Shown here: in pieces, positions 32,052 through 41,144 of the stretch
Numbering within the stretch: the stretch's first letter is position 1
Layout of the letters: each line of letters opens with the position of its first letter
Origin: Candidatus Sericytochromatia bacterium
GTDB lineage: Bacteria > Cyanobacteriota > Sericytochromatia > S15B-MN24 > UBA4093
Assembly (NCBI GenBank): GCA_036676985.1
Contig: JAKFBU010000027.1
Span: 32,001 to 96,000, forward strand
DNA: 64,000 nt
Direction of reading: 5' to 3'
Made by a program: the position numbers and the translations under genes
The notes under the pieces: model-generated
Databases searched by the model: none
Told to the model about the DNA's origin: nothing
Seen by the model: only the letters and a program-made list of their open reading frames with translations

Positions 32052-32698
32052 GCCAGCCGATCGAGCACGGCCGCGCGGTCCCTCCCGCACCCGCCGGGGG
32101 ATGGTTTCCGGCCTTCGCGCACCTGACTCCGCCCAACCTCGTGACGTCCGCCTCGGTCGCCCTGGCCTTCGCGGGGATCCTGCTGGTCGCCTCCGGCCGC
32201 CCGGACCTCGCCCTCCTCTGCGGCATGGCCGCGGTGCCCTGCGACCTCCTGGACGGCTTCCTGGCGCGCCGGATGGGACTGCAGTCGCGCTTCGGGGCAG
32301 CTCTCGACTCGCTGGCCGATGCCCTCTCCTTCTGCCTCCTGCCCGCGGTCGCGGCGTTCGGGGTGGGCCTGACGGCCTGGTACCAGCTGCTGCCGCTCTT
32401 CGCCTACGTCCTCGCCGGGGTCTGGCGCCTCGCGCAGTTCGACGAGGCGGGCATGACCCAATGGCGCGGCCGCCCGGCTTTCCAGGGCATGCCCACCCCG
32501 TACGCGGCGAGCCTCGTGTACCTGCTCGCTGTTGTCGGGTTGCGGTTCCCCACCGAGCCCATGCGCCTCGGCCTCACGGCGGCCGTCCTCGTGCTGGCGA
32601 TCGCCATGGTCGCGCGCCTCCCCTTCCCGAAGGGGGGATGGCACTACCGGGTCATGTGGATCCTCTTGCCCCTGGGAGCCGTGTTCGCGTGTCGCTAG
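32048..32698 (+). CDS. CDP-alcohol phosphatidyltransferase (PssA/Pcs-like)
   Basis: PNLVT, DLLDGFLARRMGLQSRFGAALDSLAD signature, RLAQF, FQGMPTP; ATGA overlap. Confidence 0.9.
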   Translation: MSQPIEHGRAVPPAPAGGWFPAFAHLTPPNLVTSASVALAFAGILLVASGRPDLALLCGMAAVPCDLLDGFLARRMGLQSRFGAALDSLADALSFCLLPAVAAFGVGLTAWYQLLPLFAYVLAGVWRLAQFDEAGMTQWRGRPAFQGMPTPYAASLVYLLAVVGLRFPTEPMRLGLTAAVLVLAIAMVARLPFPKGGWHYRVMWILLPLGAVFACR

Positions 32699-33918
32699 CT
32701 GCCGCCTCCCGCCTCTGGGGCCTGAACGGGGGCGTCTTCGTCTTCTCGTTCCTGCTCTCGGGCCTGACCAACGTCATTCCGCAGTTCATCCTGCTCGCGC
32801 TCGTGCCCGACCAAAAGGCCTTCTGGCTACCTGTCAGTCTGCTCGCGGCCACGGCCTGCGCCGTCCTCGGGACGCTGCTCGGGGGGAGCTGGTGGGAACG
32901 CCGGCTCTCCGGTCGCTGGATCCTGGTTCCCCTGCTCGGGGCGGTCGCGAGCTTCCTGGGGCTGTTCACGGCTCGTGAGCCTTGGCACTTCGTCCTGCTC
33001 GCCGCGTTGGCGACCGGTCTCGGCAACTTGCTCGTCACCCGCCTCGACCACCTGGCTACCCGGACGGCGACCGATTCCCAGCGGAGCTTCAACGATCGTC
33101 TCGGCACCGCCTGTCGGTTGCTGGGGATGCTGCTCGCACCCTGGTTCTTCACCCACCAGCTCCAGCACGGGATGGCCGTGACGCTGGCGCTCGGGCTGGG
33201 TGCGGCCGGCGTCCTGGGCGCATGGCTGGCGTCATGGCGGTCGGCCGCTGGGGCGGCGACGGTCGCGCCCCTCGCGGAAGCGTCGCTGCCCCTGGACCGG
33301 CGGGACTACCTGCTCCTGGGCCATGCCGTCAGCGTGTTCGCCGCGCTCTATCTCTTCGCGGCCAACCTCTCCTACTTCCTGCAGGACGCGCTCGCGTTCG
33401 ACCGCGCGACCCCACGTGCGGGCGTGCTCATCGTGGCGGTCTTCATGTCGGCCCTCGGCTCGGTGGCCGTCGCGTCCCTCGCCGCCCGGCGCCGGACGGG
33501 CGCCGCGACCGATCCGGGCGCCCTCGCCTTTCTGCCCGCGCTGCCCCTCGCCGTGGCCTGGGTCGCGTACGAGGGCCGCCTCGCGGTGACCTACACGGGC
33601 ATGCTCGCCATCGCGAGCGCCCTCGGGTTCGGCTACGGGGCCTTCCTCTTGGGTCTCAGGGACTTCGTCTCGCGCTCGGCCGCCCGAGGGAAGACGGTGC
33701 TGCTCACGATCTACAACAACCTGGCCAACGCGAGCGCCCTCCTGGCCTTTGCCTGCCTGTTCCTGCTCGACGGGCTCGCTCCCGGCTCGGGCGAGGGCTA
33801 CTACCTCGCATGGATGCGGCTGCTGGCGGCGGTGGCCACCGCCGGGATTCCCGCTTTCCTCATCGCCCGGAAGCGACATGGTTCCGATCGCCTCGTTCCA
33901 GGAGAATCACGCGCATGA
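32689..33918 (+). CDS. polytopic membrane protein, MFS-like (about 409 aa)
   Basis: About 12 hydrophobic segments in two halves; GTG start overlaps the upstream gene and the stop overlaps the next ATG; family not recognised. Confidence 0.65.
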   Translation: MSLAAASRLWGLNGGVFVFSFLLSGLTNVIPQFILLALVPDQKAFWLPVSLLAATACAVLGTLLGGSWWERRLSGRWILVPLLGAVASFLGLFTAREPWHFVLLAALATGLGNLLVTRLDHLATRTATDSQRSFNDRLGTACRLLGMLLAPWFFTHQLQHGMAVTLALGLGAAGVLGAWLASWRSAAGAATVAPLAEASLPLDRRDYLLLGHAVSVFAALYLFAANLSYFLQDALAFDRATPRAGVLIVAVFMSALGSVAVASLAARRRTGAATDPGALAFLPALPLAVAWVAYEGRLAVTYTGMLAIASALGFGYGAFLLGLRDFVSRSAARGKTVLLTIYNNLANASALLAFACLFLLDGLAPGSGEGYYLAWMRLLAAVATAGIPAFLIARKRHGSDRLVPGESRA

Positions 33919-35015
33919 CCACGATGCCCCCCGCCGGCGGGCAGCTAGACGATCCGACGGCAATCGACACCCTCGACGCCAAGACGCCCGGGGCCTACCG
34001 GGTCCTCATGGTCTCCCTGCGGACGTTCGCAAAGGCGGACGACTGCATCGGGGCATGGCAGGTGGTCACGACCCTGATCCTCACTGGCGGGGTGTTCGCG
34101 GCGATCGCCCTCGTCCAACCCCTAGCTGCCAAGTGGCTGTTGTTCCTGCCCCTGTGCTTCCTGCTGGTGCGCCTCTTCGTGCTGCAGCACGATTGCGGGC
34201 ACCTGAGCCTGTTCTCGAACCGGCGGGTCAACGACGTCGTCGGCATGGTCCTGTCCTTCGTCACGGGCGTCGCCTACGAGGCGTGGCGCACGGAGCACAA
34301 CTGGCACCACAGCCATCAGGCCAAGCTCAGCCATCGGGGCGTCGACCGCATGAACAGCCCCATGATGGCCGACGAGGCGGTACAGAGCCCGGACCTCGCG
34401 CAACTGAGAGTGCGCAAGATCAGCGTCCTCAACGTCTTCGTGCTGGGGGCGCTCAGCCTGGCCGTCCAACGCAAGCACCACGGCGCCTTCTTTCCGTTCC
34501 GTCCGAAGTTCCGCTGGCCGGTCCCCAACCGGGCGGCCCTCATCGCCAGCGTCCGCGTGACGAACCTCGTGCACGGGGCCTTCCACCTCGGGCTCCTGGC
34601 GCTCGTGGGCCCCTGGCTCTGGCTCGGCTTGATCCTGCCCGCCTACTTCTGCGGCGCGGGGCTGGGCGCCCTGCTCTTCTGGGTGCAGCACAACTTCGAG
34701 CGGACCTACCACGCCGAGGAGGCGAGCTGGAGCTTCGTCGAGGCCGGGCTGCGCGGCGCGAGCTACCTCAGGCTGCCGGGGATCTGGGGCTGGATCACGG
34801 CGTCCATCGGGATCCACCACGTCCATCACCTGAACGTGCTCGTCCCCAACTACCGCCTGGAGGCGGCCCGGCGCGCGGTGCCGGAGATCGCCGCCATCGC
34901 GCCCTTGAGCCGCGCGGACGTGCGCAAGTGCTTCACGCACGTCTTCTGGGACGCTTCCGAGGATCGGATGGTCGACTACGGCGCGCTCCGCTTCAACGCC
35001 TCCGGGCAGCCCTGA
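33915..35015 (+). CDS. membrane fatty-acid/lipid desaturase
   Basis: His boxes HDCGH, HNWHH, HHVHH plus VQHNFE and VPNYRL; ATGA overlap and GGAG RBS. Confidence 0.9.
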   Translation: MTTMPPAGGQLDDPTAIDTLDAKTPGAYRVLMVSLRTFAKADDCIGAWQVVTTLILTGGVFAAIALVQPLAAKWLLFLPLCFLLVRLFVLQHDCGHLSLFSNRRVNDVVGMVLSFVTGVAYEAWRTEHNWHHSHQAKLSHRGVDRMNSPMMADEAVQSPDLAQLRVRKISVLNVFVLGALSLAVQRKHHGAFFPFRPKFRWPVPNRAALIASVRVTNLVHGAFHLGLLALVGPWLWLGLILPAYFCGAGLGALLFWVQHNFERTYHAEEASWSFVEAGLRGASYLRLPGIWGWITASIGIHHVHHLNVLVPNYRLEAARRAVPEIAAIAPLSRADVRKCFTHVFWDASEDRMVDYGALRFNASGQP

Positions 35016-35040
35016 GCCTCGGGCCCAGGGCAGGGAGCGC

Positions 35041-35253
35041 CTAGGACTGACCTTGCTGGCGGGCCCGCCGGACCGTGACGAGCTCGCCGCCGATGCCCCA
35101 GTTGTCCGTCGGCACCTCGCTGATGAGCACGTGCGTGGTCGCGGGGTTCTTGTCCAGGAGATCCTGCAACAGCCGCGTGACGCCCTCCACGAGCTGGGCC
35201 TTCTGGTCGGGCGTGACCCCGTCGTCGGTCAGGTAGATGTGCACCAGGGGCAT
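35041..35253 (-). CDS. 4-oxalocrotonate tautomerase family protein
   Basis: N-terminal Pro (MPLVHI), QKAQL, NWGIGG; 70 aa; AAGGAG RBS. Confidence 0.9.
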   Translation of the reverse strand: MPLVHIYLTDDGVTPDQKAQLVEGVTRLLQDLLDKNPATTHVLISEVPTDNWGIGGELVTVRRARQQGQS

Positions 35254-35351
35254 GGGGGCTCCTTTCCTCTCAAACCGGTAAGCGTGCTTGCCTAACGGTA
35301 CCCCCAGGCCGCCCCGCGGTCGAGTCGCATGCGGGGCCCGCTCGTGATACA

Positions 35352-35366
35352 CTTACGAATCGTAAG
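35352..35366. promoter_or_regulatory. palindromic operator CTTACG-N3-CGTAAG, candidate HxlR-family site
   Basis: Perfect palindrome between the divergent tautomerase and HxlR genes. Confidence 0.6.
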
Positions 35367-35408
35367 CTAATTACCAGATACGAGCGACCGGGTGTCGAGG
35401 AGCGAGCA

Positions 35409-35744
35409 ATGTCGCCAGAGGGCCATGACGAGAAGGTCTGCGAGGTCTTTCACCGCTCCGTCGAGGTCATCGGCCGGCGGTGGACCGGCGCGATCCTCTA
35501 CGCACTGTGCCAGCGGCCGTCGCGATTCTGCGAGATTCGGGACGCCATCCCCGAGATCAGCGATCGCCTCCTGACCGAGCGCCTCAAGGAGCTCGAGGAG
35601 CTCGACATCATCCGCCGTGAGGTCGGATCCGGCCGTCCGGTGCAGGTCCATTACCGCCTGACCCCCAAGGGGGAGGCCGTCCAACCCATCCTCAACGCCA
35701 TCCGGGACTGGGGGCTCGCCTGGAACGCCGAGCCCCGGTCCTGA
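35409..35744 (+). CDS. HxlR/DUF24 family transcriptional regulator
   Basis: N-terminal Cys, IGRRWTGAIL, ISDRLLTERLKELE, YRLTPKG. Confidence 0.92.
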   Translation: MSPEGHDEKVCEVFHRSVEVIGRRWTGAILYALCQRPSRFCEIRDAIPEISDRLLTERLKELEELDIIRREVGSGRPVQVHYRLTPKGEAVQPILNAIRDWGLAWNAEPRS

Positions 35745-35770
35745 CGCCTCTTGCCTCGAAAGGAGCCACC

Positions 35771-36337
35771 ATGTACGACGTCGCCATCATCGGAGCCGGG
35801 CCCGCGGGCGCCAGCGCCGCCATCTTCACGGCCAAGGCCGGCAAGCGCACGCTGGTCCTCGACGACGGCAAGTCCGTCACCAAGCGCGCCCTCATGAAGA
35901 ACTACTACGCCATCCCCGAGATCACGGGCCCGGACATGGTGGCCATCGGCAAGGAGCAGGTGACGACCCTCGGCGGCGAGATCGTCGAGGCCCCGGTCAC
36001 GGCCCTCACGCCCATCGAGGGCGGCATCCGCCTGACGGCGGGCGATCGCCAGGTGGAGGCCAAGCACGTCATCCTCGCCACGGGCATGGTGACGGGCCTC
36101 GCCGAGAGCGTCGGCATCCGGACCAAGCCCGGCACCGAGCCCCGCATCAAGACCATCGTCGACGTGGACGCCCAGGGCCGCACCAGCATGCCCGGCGTCT
36201 GGGCGGCCGGGACGGTCGCGGGCGTCAGCATGCACGTCGTGGTGACGGCGGGCGACGGCGCCAAGGTCGCCATCAACGTCATCAGCGAGCTGAACGGCGA
36301 GCGCTGGGTCGACCACGACCTCATGCCCGCCCAGTAA
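35771..36337 (+). CDS. thioredoxin-reductase-like FAD protein (FAD domain only)
   Basis: IIGAGPAG, ILATG, TSMPGVWAAG; no NADPH domain or CxxC; 188 aa. Confidence 0.8.
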   Translation: MYDVAIIGAGPAGASAAIFTAKAGKRTLVLDDGKSVTKRALMKNYYAIPEITGPDMVAIGKEQVTTLGGEIVEAPVTALTPIEGGIRLTAGDRQVEAKHVILATGMVTGLAESVGIRTKPGTEPRIKTIVDVDAQGRTSMPGVWAAGTVAGVSMHVVVTAGDGAKVAINVISELNGERWVDHDLMPAQ

Positions 36338-36387
36338 GCGAACTCCTCGGCGCCCAGAGGCGCCACCAGACCTACAAGGAGGCCACC

Positions 36388-37410
36388 GTGATCCAAGAGT
36401 CCGTACTCCAGTTGCTGCCCCTGGGAATGCCCTGGCAGACCGTGGACCCGTTCCTGTTCTGCGTCCATCACGACGACGCCTATCCGGCCGGCAACGAGCG
36501 GCTGGGTCCGGCGGCGTCCCTGGCCGGCCGGGACATCGGCCAGGACTTCGAGGGGATCGACGGGTGGCGCATGTACCACGGCGACGTGGTGCCGGGTTTC
36601 CCCGGGCACCCGCACCGCGGCTTCGAGACCGTGACGATCGTGCTCCATGGGCACATCGACCACTCCGACTCGCTCGGAGCCACCGCTCGGTTCGGGGCGG
36701 GCGACGTCCAGTGGCTGACGGCCGGCAAGGGCATCGTCCACTCGGAGATGTTCCCCCTGCTCGATCCCGCTGGCCCCAACCCGGCCGAGCTCTTCCAGAT
36801 CTGGCTCAACCTCCCGCGCGCGAGCAAGATGTCCGAGCCGCACTTCAAGATGCTCTGGCGCGAGACGCTGCCCACGGCGGAGTTCGTGGACGCGGCCGGC
36901 AAGCGCACGAGGGTCCTGGTCGTCGCGGGAGACCTCGCCGACCAGCAGGCGCCGAGCCCCCCGCCCGACTCCTGGGCGGCCCGGGCCGAGGCCGACGTGG
37001 CCATCTGGTCCGTCGCCATGGAGCCGGGCACGACCTGGAAGCTGCCCGCCGCCAAGCCCGGCACGAACCGGACGCTCTACTTCTTCGAGGGGAGCGGCCT
37101 GCGGGTCGCGGGCACGCCCATTCCCGATCGCACGGGGGCGCGCGTGCGCCCGGACGTGGACCTGGAGCTCGTGGCGGGCCCCGTCGCCAACCGGGTGCTG
37201 GTGTTGCAGGGGCGCCCCATCGGCGAGCCCGTCGTCCAGTACGGTCCCTTTGTCATGAACAGCCCCGCCGAGATCCAGCAGGCCTTCGCCGAGTACCGGG
37301 CGACCGAGTTCGGCGGCTGGCCCTGGCCCGCGGAGGGGCCCGTCCATGCGCGGGACGCCGGACGCTTCGCCCGCTTCCCGGACGGTCGCATCGAGCGTCC
37401 AAACCCGTAG
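36388..37410 (+). CDS. pirin family protein
   Basis: GFPGHPHRGFETVT, DVQWLTAGKGIVHSE, FQIWLNLP, EPVVQYGPFVMN. Confidence 0.93.
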   Translation: MIQESVLQLLPLGMPWQTVDPFLFCVHHDDAYPAGNERLGPAASLAGRDIGQDFEGIDGWRMYHGDVVPGFPGHPHRGFETVTIVLHGHIDHSDSLGATARFGAGDVQWLTAGKGIVHSEMFPLLDPAGPNPAELFQIWLNLPRASKMSEPHFKMLWRETLPTAEFVDAAGKRTRVLVVAGDLADQQAPSPPPDSWAARAEADVAIWSVAMEPGTTWKLPAAKPGTNRTLYFFEGSGLRVAGTPIPDRTGARVRPDVDLELVAGPVANRVLVLQGRPIGEPVVQYGPFVMNSPAEIQQAFAEYRATEFGGWPWPAEGPVHARDAGRFARFPDGRIERPNP

Positions 37411-37425
37411 CATGAGGTAAAGAAT

Positions 37426-37463
37426 GGCGAGGGCCCGTCCATTGGACGGGCCCTCGCCCTCTT
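37426..37463. terminator. probable bidirectional terminator
   Basis: 15-bp stem ggcgagggcccgtcc/ggacgggccctcgcc between convergent genes. Confidence 0.75.
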
Positions 37464-37500
37464 GATGTCGAATAAGAGGGATGTGAGCCACCGGGACCGG

Positions 37501-38685
37501 CTACGAGACCATTCGGGCCGCCACCCGGACGGGTAGGCGCGAGACGCCGTGGATGAGCGAGTAGGACGCGGGATCCAGCGTCTCGCCCGGCGCCAGATCC
37601 AGGATCGCCTCCGGGAAGCGCGCCAGGAGGGCCCGCATGGCGATGACGCCCTCCAGCCGGGCCAGCGGCGCTCCGAGGCAGTAGTGGACGCCGTAGCCGA
37701 ACGAGAGGTGCGGGTTGGGGTGCCGGGTCGGATCGAAGAGGTCGGGGCATTCGAACACCTCCTCGTCCCGGTTGGCGGAGCCCACGAAGGCGATGAGCAG
37801 GGTCCCCTCCCGGATGCGCTCGCCGCCGAGCACCACATCCTGCTTGGCGGTGCGGGCGAGCCACTGGACAGGTGAGCGATAACGCAGCATCTCCTCGATG
37901 GCCTGCGGCATGGCCTCCGGGTTGTGGCGCAGCCAGTCCTGGGCATGCGGGTGCTCGAACAGGCAGAGCATGCCGTTGGTGATCAGGTTGACGGTGGTGA
38001 TGTGTCCCGCCAGGAGCAGGAGGGCGCAGAAGCTCAGCACGCCGTCCTCCGAGAGCCGCTCGCCGTCGACTTCCGCAGTCAAGAGCTGGGTGATGAGGTC
38101 GTCCTGCGGGCGGCGTCGGCGCTCGGCGATGACGGCCTGGAAGTAGTCGTCCATCTCCTGCTGGACGACCTTCAATCGCTGCATGCGGCGCTCGTCCGCA
38201 GCGAAGTTCTGTGCGTCTCCGCTCAGGAGCTCGTCGGCCCAGAGCTTGTACTGGGGCTGGTCGGAGACCGGCACGCCGAGCATCTCGGCGATGACGGTGA
38301 CGGGCAGGGGATGGGCGAACTGGCTCACCAGGTCGAAGCGGCCGCTCGCGTCAATGGCGTCCAGCAACTGGTTCGAGAGGGCCCGGATGCGCGGCTCGAG
38401 GCGCGCGATCGCCTGCGGCGTGAACGCCTTGGAAATGACGCCGCGCAGGTTCCGGTGGCGGGGCGGGTCCACGCTGATGAGCGTCTCGCGGAAGGTCTCG
38501 GCGTCCTGGAAGCGCCGGAACTCGGACGAGAAGTTGGCGAAGTCGCTGAGCACCGCCTTGACGTCCGCGTAGCGATAGACGCCCCACGCCTCCTGCTGCG
38601 GGTCGTAGACGAGGCGATCGCGGCGCCGCTCGGCGTAGAACGCATGGGGATCCAGGTGGCATTCGGGGGGAGCAAAGATGGTCAT
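37501..38685 (-). CDS. cytochrome P450
   Basis: DPPRH, LLAGHITT, EEMLRY, ANRD, HLSFGYGVHYCLGAPLARLE. Confidence 0.96.
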   Translation of the reverse strand: MTIFAPPECHLDPHAFYAERRRDRLVYDPQQEAWGVYRYADVKAVLSDFANFSSEFRRFQDAETFRETLISVDPPRHRNLRGVISKAFTPQAIARLEPRIRALSNQLLDAIDASGRFDLVSQFAHPLPVTVIAEMLGVPVSDQPQYKLWADELLSGDAQNFAADERRMQRLKVVQQEMDDYFQAVIAERRRRPQDDLITQLLTAEVDGERLSEDGVLSFCALLLLAGHITTVNLITNGMLCLFEHPHAQDWLRHNPEAMPQAIEEMLRYRSPVQWLARTAKQDVVLGGERIREGTLLIAFVGSANRDEEVFECPDLFDPTRHPNPHLSFGYGVHYCLGAPLARLEGVIAMRALLARFPEAILDLAPGETLDPASYSLIHGVSRLPVRVAARMVS

Positions 38686-38867
38686 GGCATCGTTCCTCTT
38701 CGGACGCGTGAAAACGGTCCCATCCTAGAGGGAGATGACTTACGGATGCTTCCTCGTCTTGATAGAAAAGGGTCGTCACCGGCCAAGCGGTGGTGTGGGA
38801 GTCCATGACCGAGCCGCCGAGCGCTACGCGCGCGACCAATGCCGGGAGGAGGCCCTCTCGGAAGGGC

Positions 38868-41144
38868 CTATCGCAAAAACCGCCCGGTGATCGAGCCGGG
38901 ATCGTCCGCGAGCTGCTTAGGCGTTCCCTCGAAGACCACCTGGCCGCCCCGGGTGCCGCCGTCCGGTCCCATGTCGATCACCCAGTCGGCATGCCGCACC
39001 ACGTCCATGTTGTGCTCGATCACGACCACCGTGTTCCCGGCGTCGACCAGCCGGTCCATGATGGCGAGCAGGTGGCCGACGTCCGCCATGTGGAGGCCCG
39101 TCGTGGGCTCGTCCAAGACGTAGAGGCTGCCCTTCTTGTGGAGCTCGCTCGCGAGCTTGATCCGCTGGCACTCGCCACCCGAGAGGGTGCTCAGGGGCTG
39201 GCCGAGCGTCAGGTAGTCGAGGCCCACGTCACGCATGGCCGTGAGCTTCTTGACGATCTCCTTCTGCTTGAAGTGCTCCAGGGCCTGGTGGACCGTCATG
39301 GCGAGCACCTCGCTGACGTTCTTGCCGTCGAGCTGGTAGGCGAGCACCTCGTCCTTGAAGCGGCGACCCTGACAGCCCTCGCAGATCGACTTCACGCCGT
39401 CCAGGAAGGCGAGATCCGTGTAGAGGACGCCCGCGCCCTTGCAGACGTCGCAGGCGCCCTTGGAGTTGAAGCTGAAGAGGCTCGCGTCCACCTTGTTCGC
39501 CGTGGCATACGCCTTGCGCAGGTCGTCCATGAGGCCCGTGTAGGTCGCGGGCGTCGAACGGCTGTTGGCGCCCACCGGGGACTGGTCGATGACGATCGCC
39601 TGGGGATGGGCCTGGAGGAACTCCGCGTGGATGAGCGAGCTCTTGCCGGAGCCCGCCACGCCCGTCACGGCCGTGAGGACGCCCTTGGGGACGTCCACGT
39701 TCACGTCGCGCAGGTTGTTGGCCCGCGCGTTGCGGATGGGGAGCTGGCCGGTCGGCTTGCGCACCTCGGCCTTCATGGGAAGCCGTCGTTCGATGTGGCG
39801 GCCCGTGAGGGTGTCGGCCCTTACCAGGCCGTCGTAGGGCCCCTCGTAGACGATCCGGCCGCCCTCGGTGCCGGCGTGGGGCCCGACGTCGACGATGTGG
39901 TCCGCCATGCGGATGACGTCCGGGTCGTGTTCGACCACGATGACGGTGTTCCCCTTGTCCCGCAGCTTCGCGAGCAGCTCGTTGAGGCGGTGCACGTCGC
40001 GCGGGTGCAGGCCCACGCTCGGCTCGTCGAAGACGTACATGACGTCGATCAGGCTGCTCGTCAGGTGCTTGACCATCTTGACGCGCTGGGACTCCCCGCC
40101 CGAGAGGGTGTCCGTCTCGCGCGCGAGGCTCAGGTAGTCGAGCCCGATGTCCACCAGGCTCTGCAGCCGCTCCTTCAGGGTCGCGAGGATGGGAGCGGCC
40201 ACCGGGCTCTCGATGGTCTCGATGACGCTCAGCAGCTCTCCCACGCCCATGGAGGCCAGGTCGGCGATGTTGCGCCCGTCGATGCGGCAGTTGAGGACGG
40301 CCTGGTTGAGGCGAGCCCCCTTGCACAACGTGCAGGGGCGGTCCTTGAGATAGGGGGCCACGGCCTTCTGAGTGCGCTCGGAGAGGGTCTTGAGGTCACG
40401 ACGGATGTAGGAACGCGTGATCTTCTCGATGATGCCCTCGTAGGTCGCGTTCATGGCGCCGCTGCCGACGCTGAGTTTGTACTTTCGGGCCTTGGAGTGC
40501 AGGAGGAGGTCCATCTCCTCGGGCGTGAAGTCGCGCAGCTTCTTGTCGTTGTCGAAGAAGCCCGACTCCATGTAGGCCCCGAGCTCCCAGCTGACGAAGA
40601 ACGGCACCTGGATGGCCCCCTCCCGCAGGGACTTGTCCATGTCCAGGAAGTCGTCGGCGATGATGCCCTGGATCACCCCCCGCCCCCCGCAATCCGGGCA
40701 CATGCCCGATGGGTCGTTGAAGGAGAAGGCGTTCGCTCCGCCGACGTACGGCTCGCCGATCCGCGAGAAGAGGACGCGAAGGACCGAGTAGATGTCCGTG
40801 ATGGTCCCGACTGTGGAGTGGGAGCCGCCGCCGAGCCGCTTCTGGTCTACGATGACGGCCATGCTCAGGTTCTGGATGGCGTCCACGTCCGGCTGGGGAT
40901 ACTTCGGCAGGAAGCTCCGGATGAACATGCTGAAGTTCTCGTAGAGCTGCCGCTGGGCCTCGGTCGCGAGCGTGTCGAAGACGATCGACGACTTGCCCGA
41001 GCCGGAAACCCCCGTGAAGATGGTCAGCCGGCGCTTGGGGATCTCGAGGGCGACGTTCTTGAGGTTGTTCTCGCGGGCGCCCCGGATGACGATGTTTTCG
41101 AGCAAGCTGTCAGATCCTTGATGACACGGAGGGATCCGTATCAC
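38868..41144 (-). CDS. UvrA-like ABC ATPase (class II, DrrC-like); alternative TTG start at 41105
   Basis: [44 protein letters not shown]; about 750 aa, lacks the UvrB-binding insert. Confidence 0.9.
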   Translation of the reverse strand: MIRIPPCHQGSDSLLENIVIRGARENNLKNVALEIPKRRLTIFTGVSGSGKSSIVFDTLATEAQRQLYENFSMFIRSFLPKYPQPDVDAIQNLSMAVIVDQKRLGGGSHSTVGTITDIYSVLRVLFSRIGEPYVGGANAFSFNDPSGMCPDCGGRGVIQGIIADDFLDMDKSLREGAIQVPFFVSWELGAYMESGFFDNDKKLRDFTPEEMDLLLHSKARKYKLSVGSGAMNATYEGIIEKITRSYIRRDLKTLSERTQKAVAPYLKDRPCTLCKGARLNQAVLNCRIDGRNIADLASMGVGELLSVIETIESPVAAPILATLKERLQSLVDIGLDYLSLARETDTLSGGESQRVKMVKHLTSSLIDVMYVFDEPSVGLHPRDVHRLNELLAKLRDKGNTVIVVEHDPDVIRMADHIVDVGPHAGTEGGRIVYEGPYDGLVRADTLTGRHIERRLPMKAEVRKPTGQLPIRNARANNLRDVNVDVPKGVLTAVTGVAGSGKSSLIHAEFLQAHPQAIVIDQSPVGANSRSTPATYTGLMDDLRKAYATANKVDASLFSFNSKGACDVCKGAGVLYTDLAFLDGVKSICEGCQGRRFKDEVLAYQLDGKNVSEVLAMTVHQALEHFKQKEIVKKLTAMRDVGLDYLTLGQPLSTLSGGECQRIKLASELHKKGSLYVLDEPTTGLHMADVGHLLAIMDRLVDAGNTVVVIEHNMDVVRHADWVIDMGPDGGTRGGQVVFEGTPKQLADDPGSITGRFLR

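Noticed and set aside
38868-41144. Canonical uvrA
   Set aside because: Too short and lacks the UvrB-binding region; treated as class II UvrA-like
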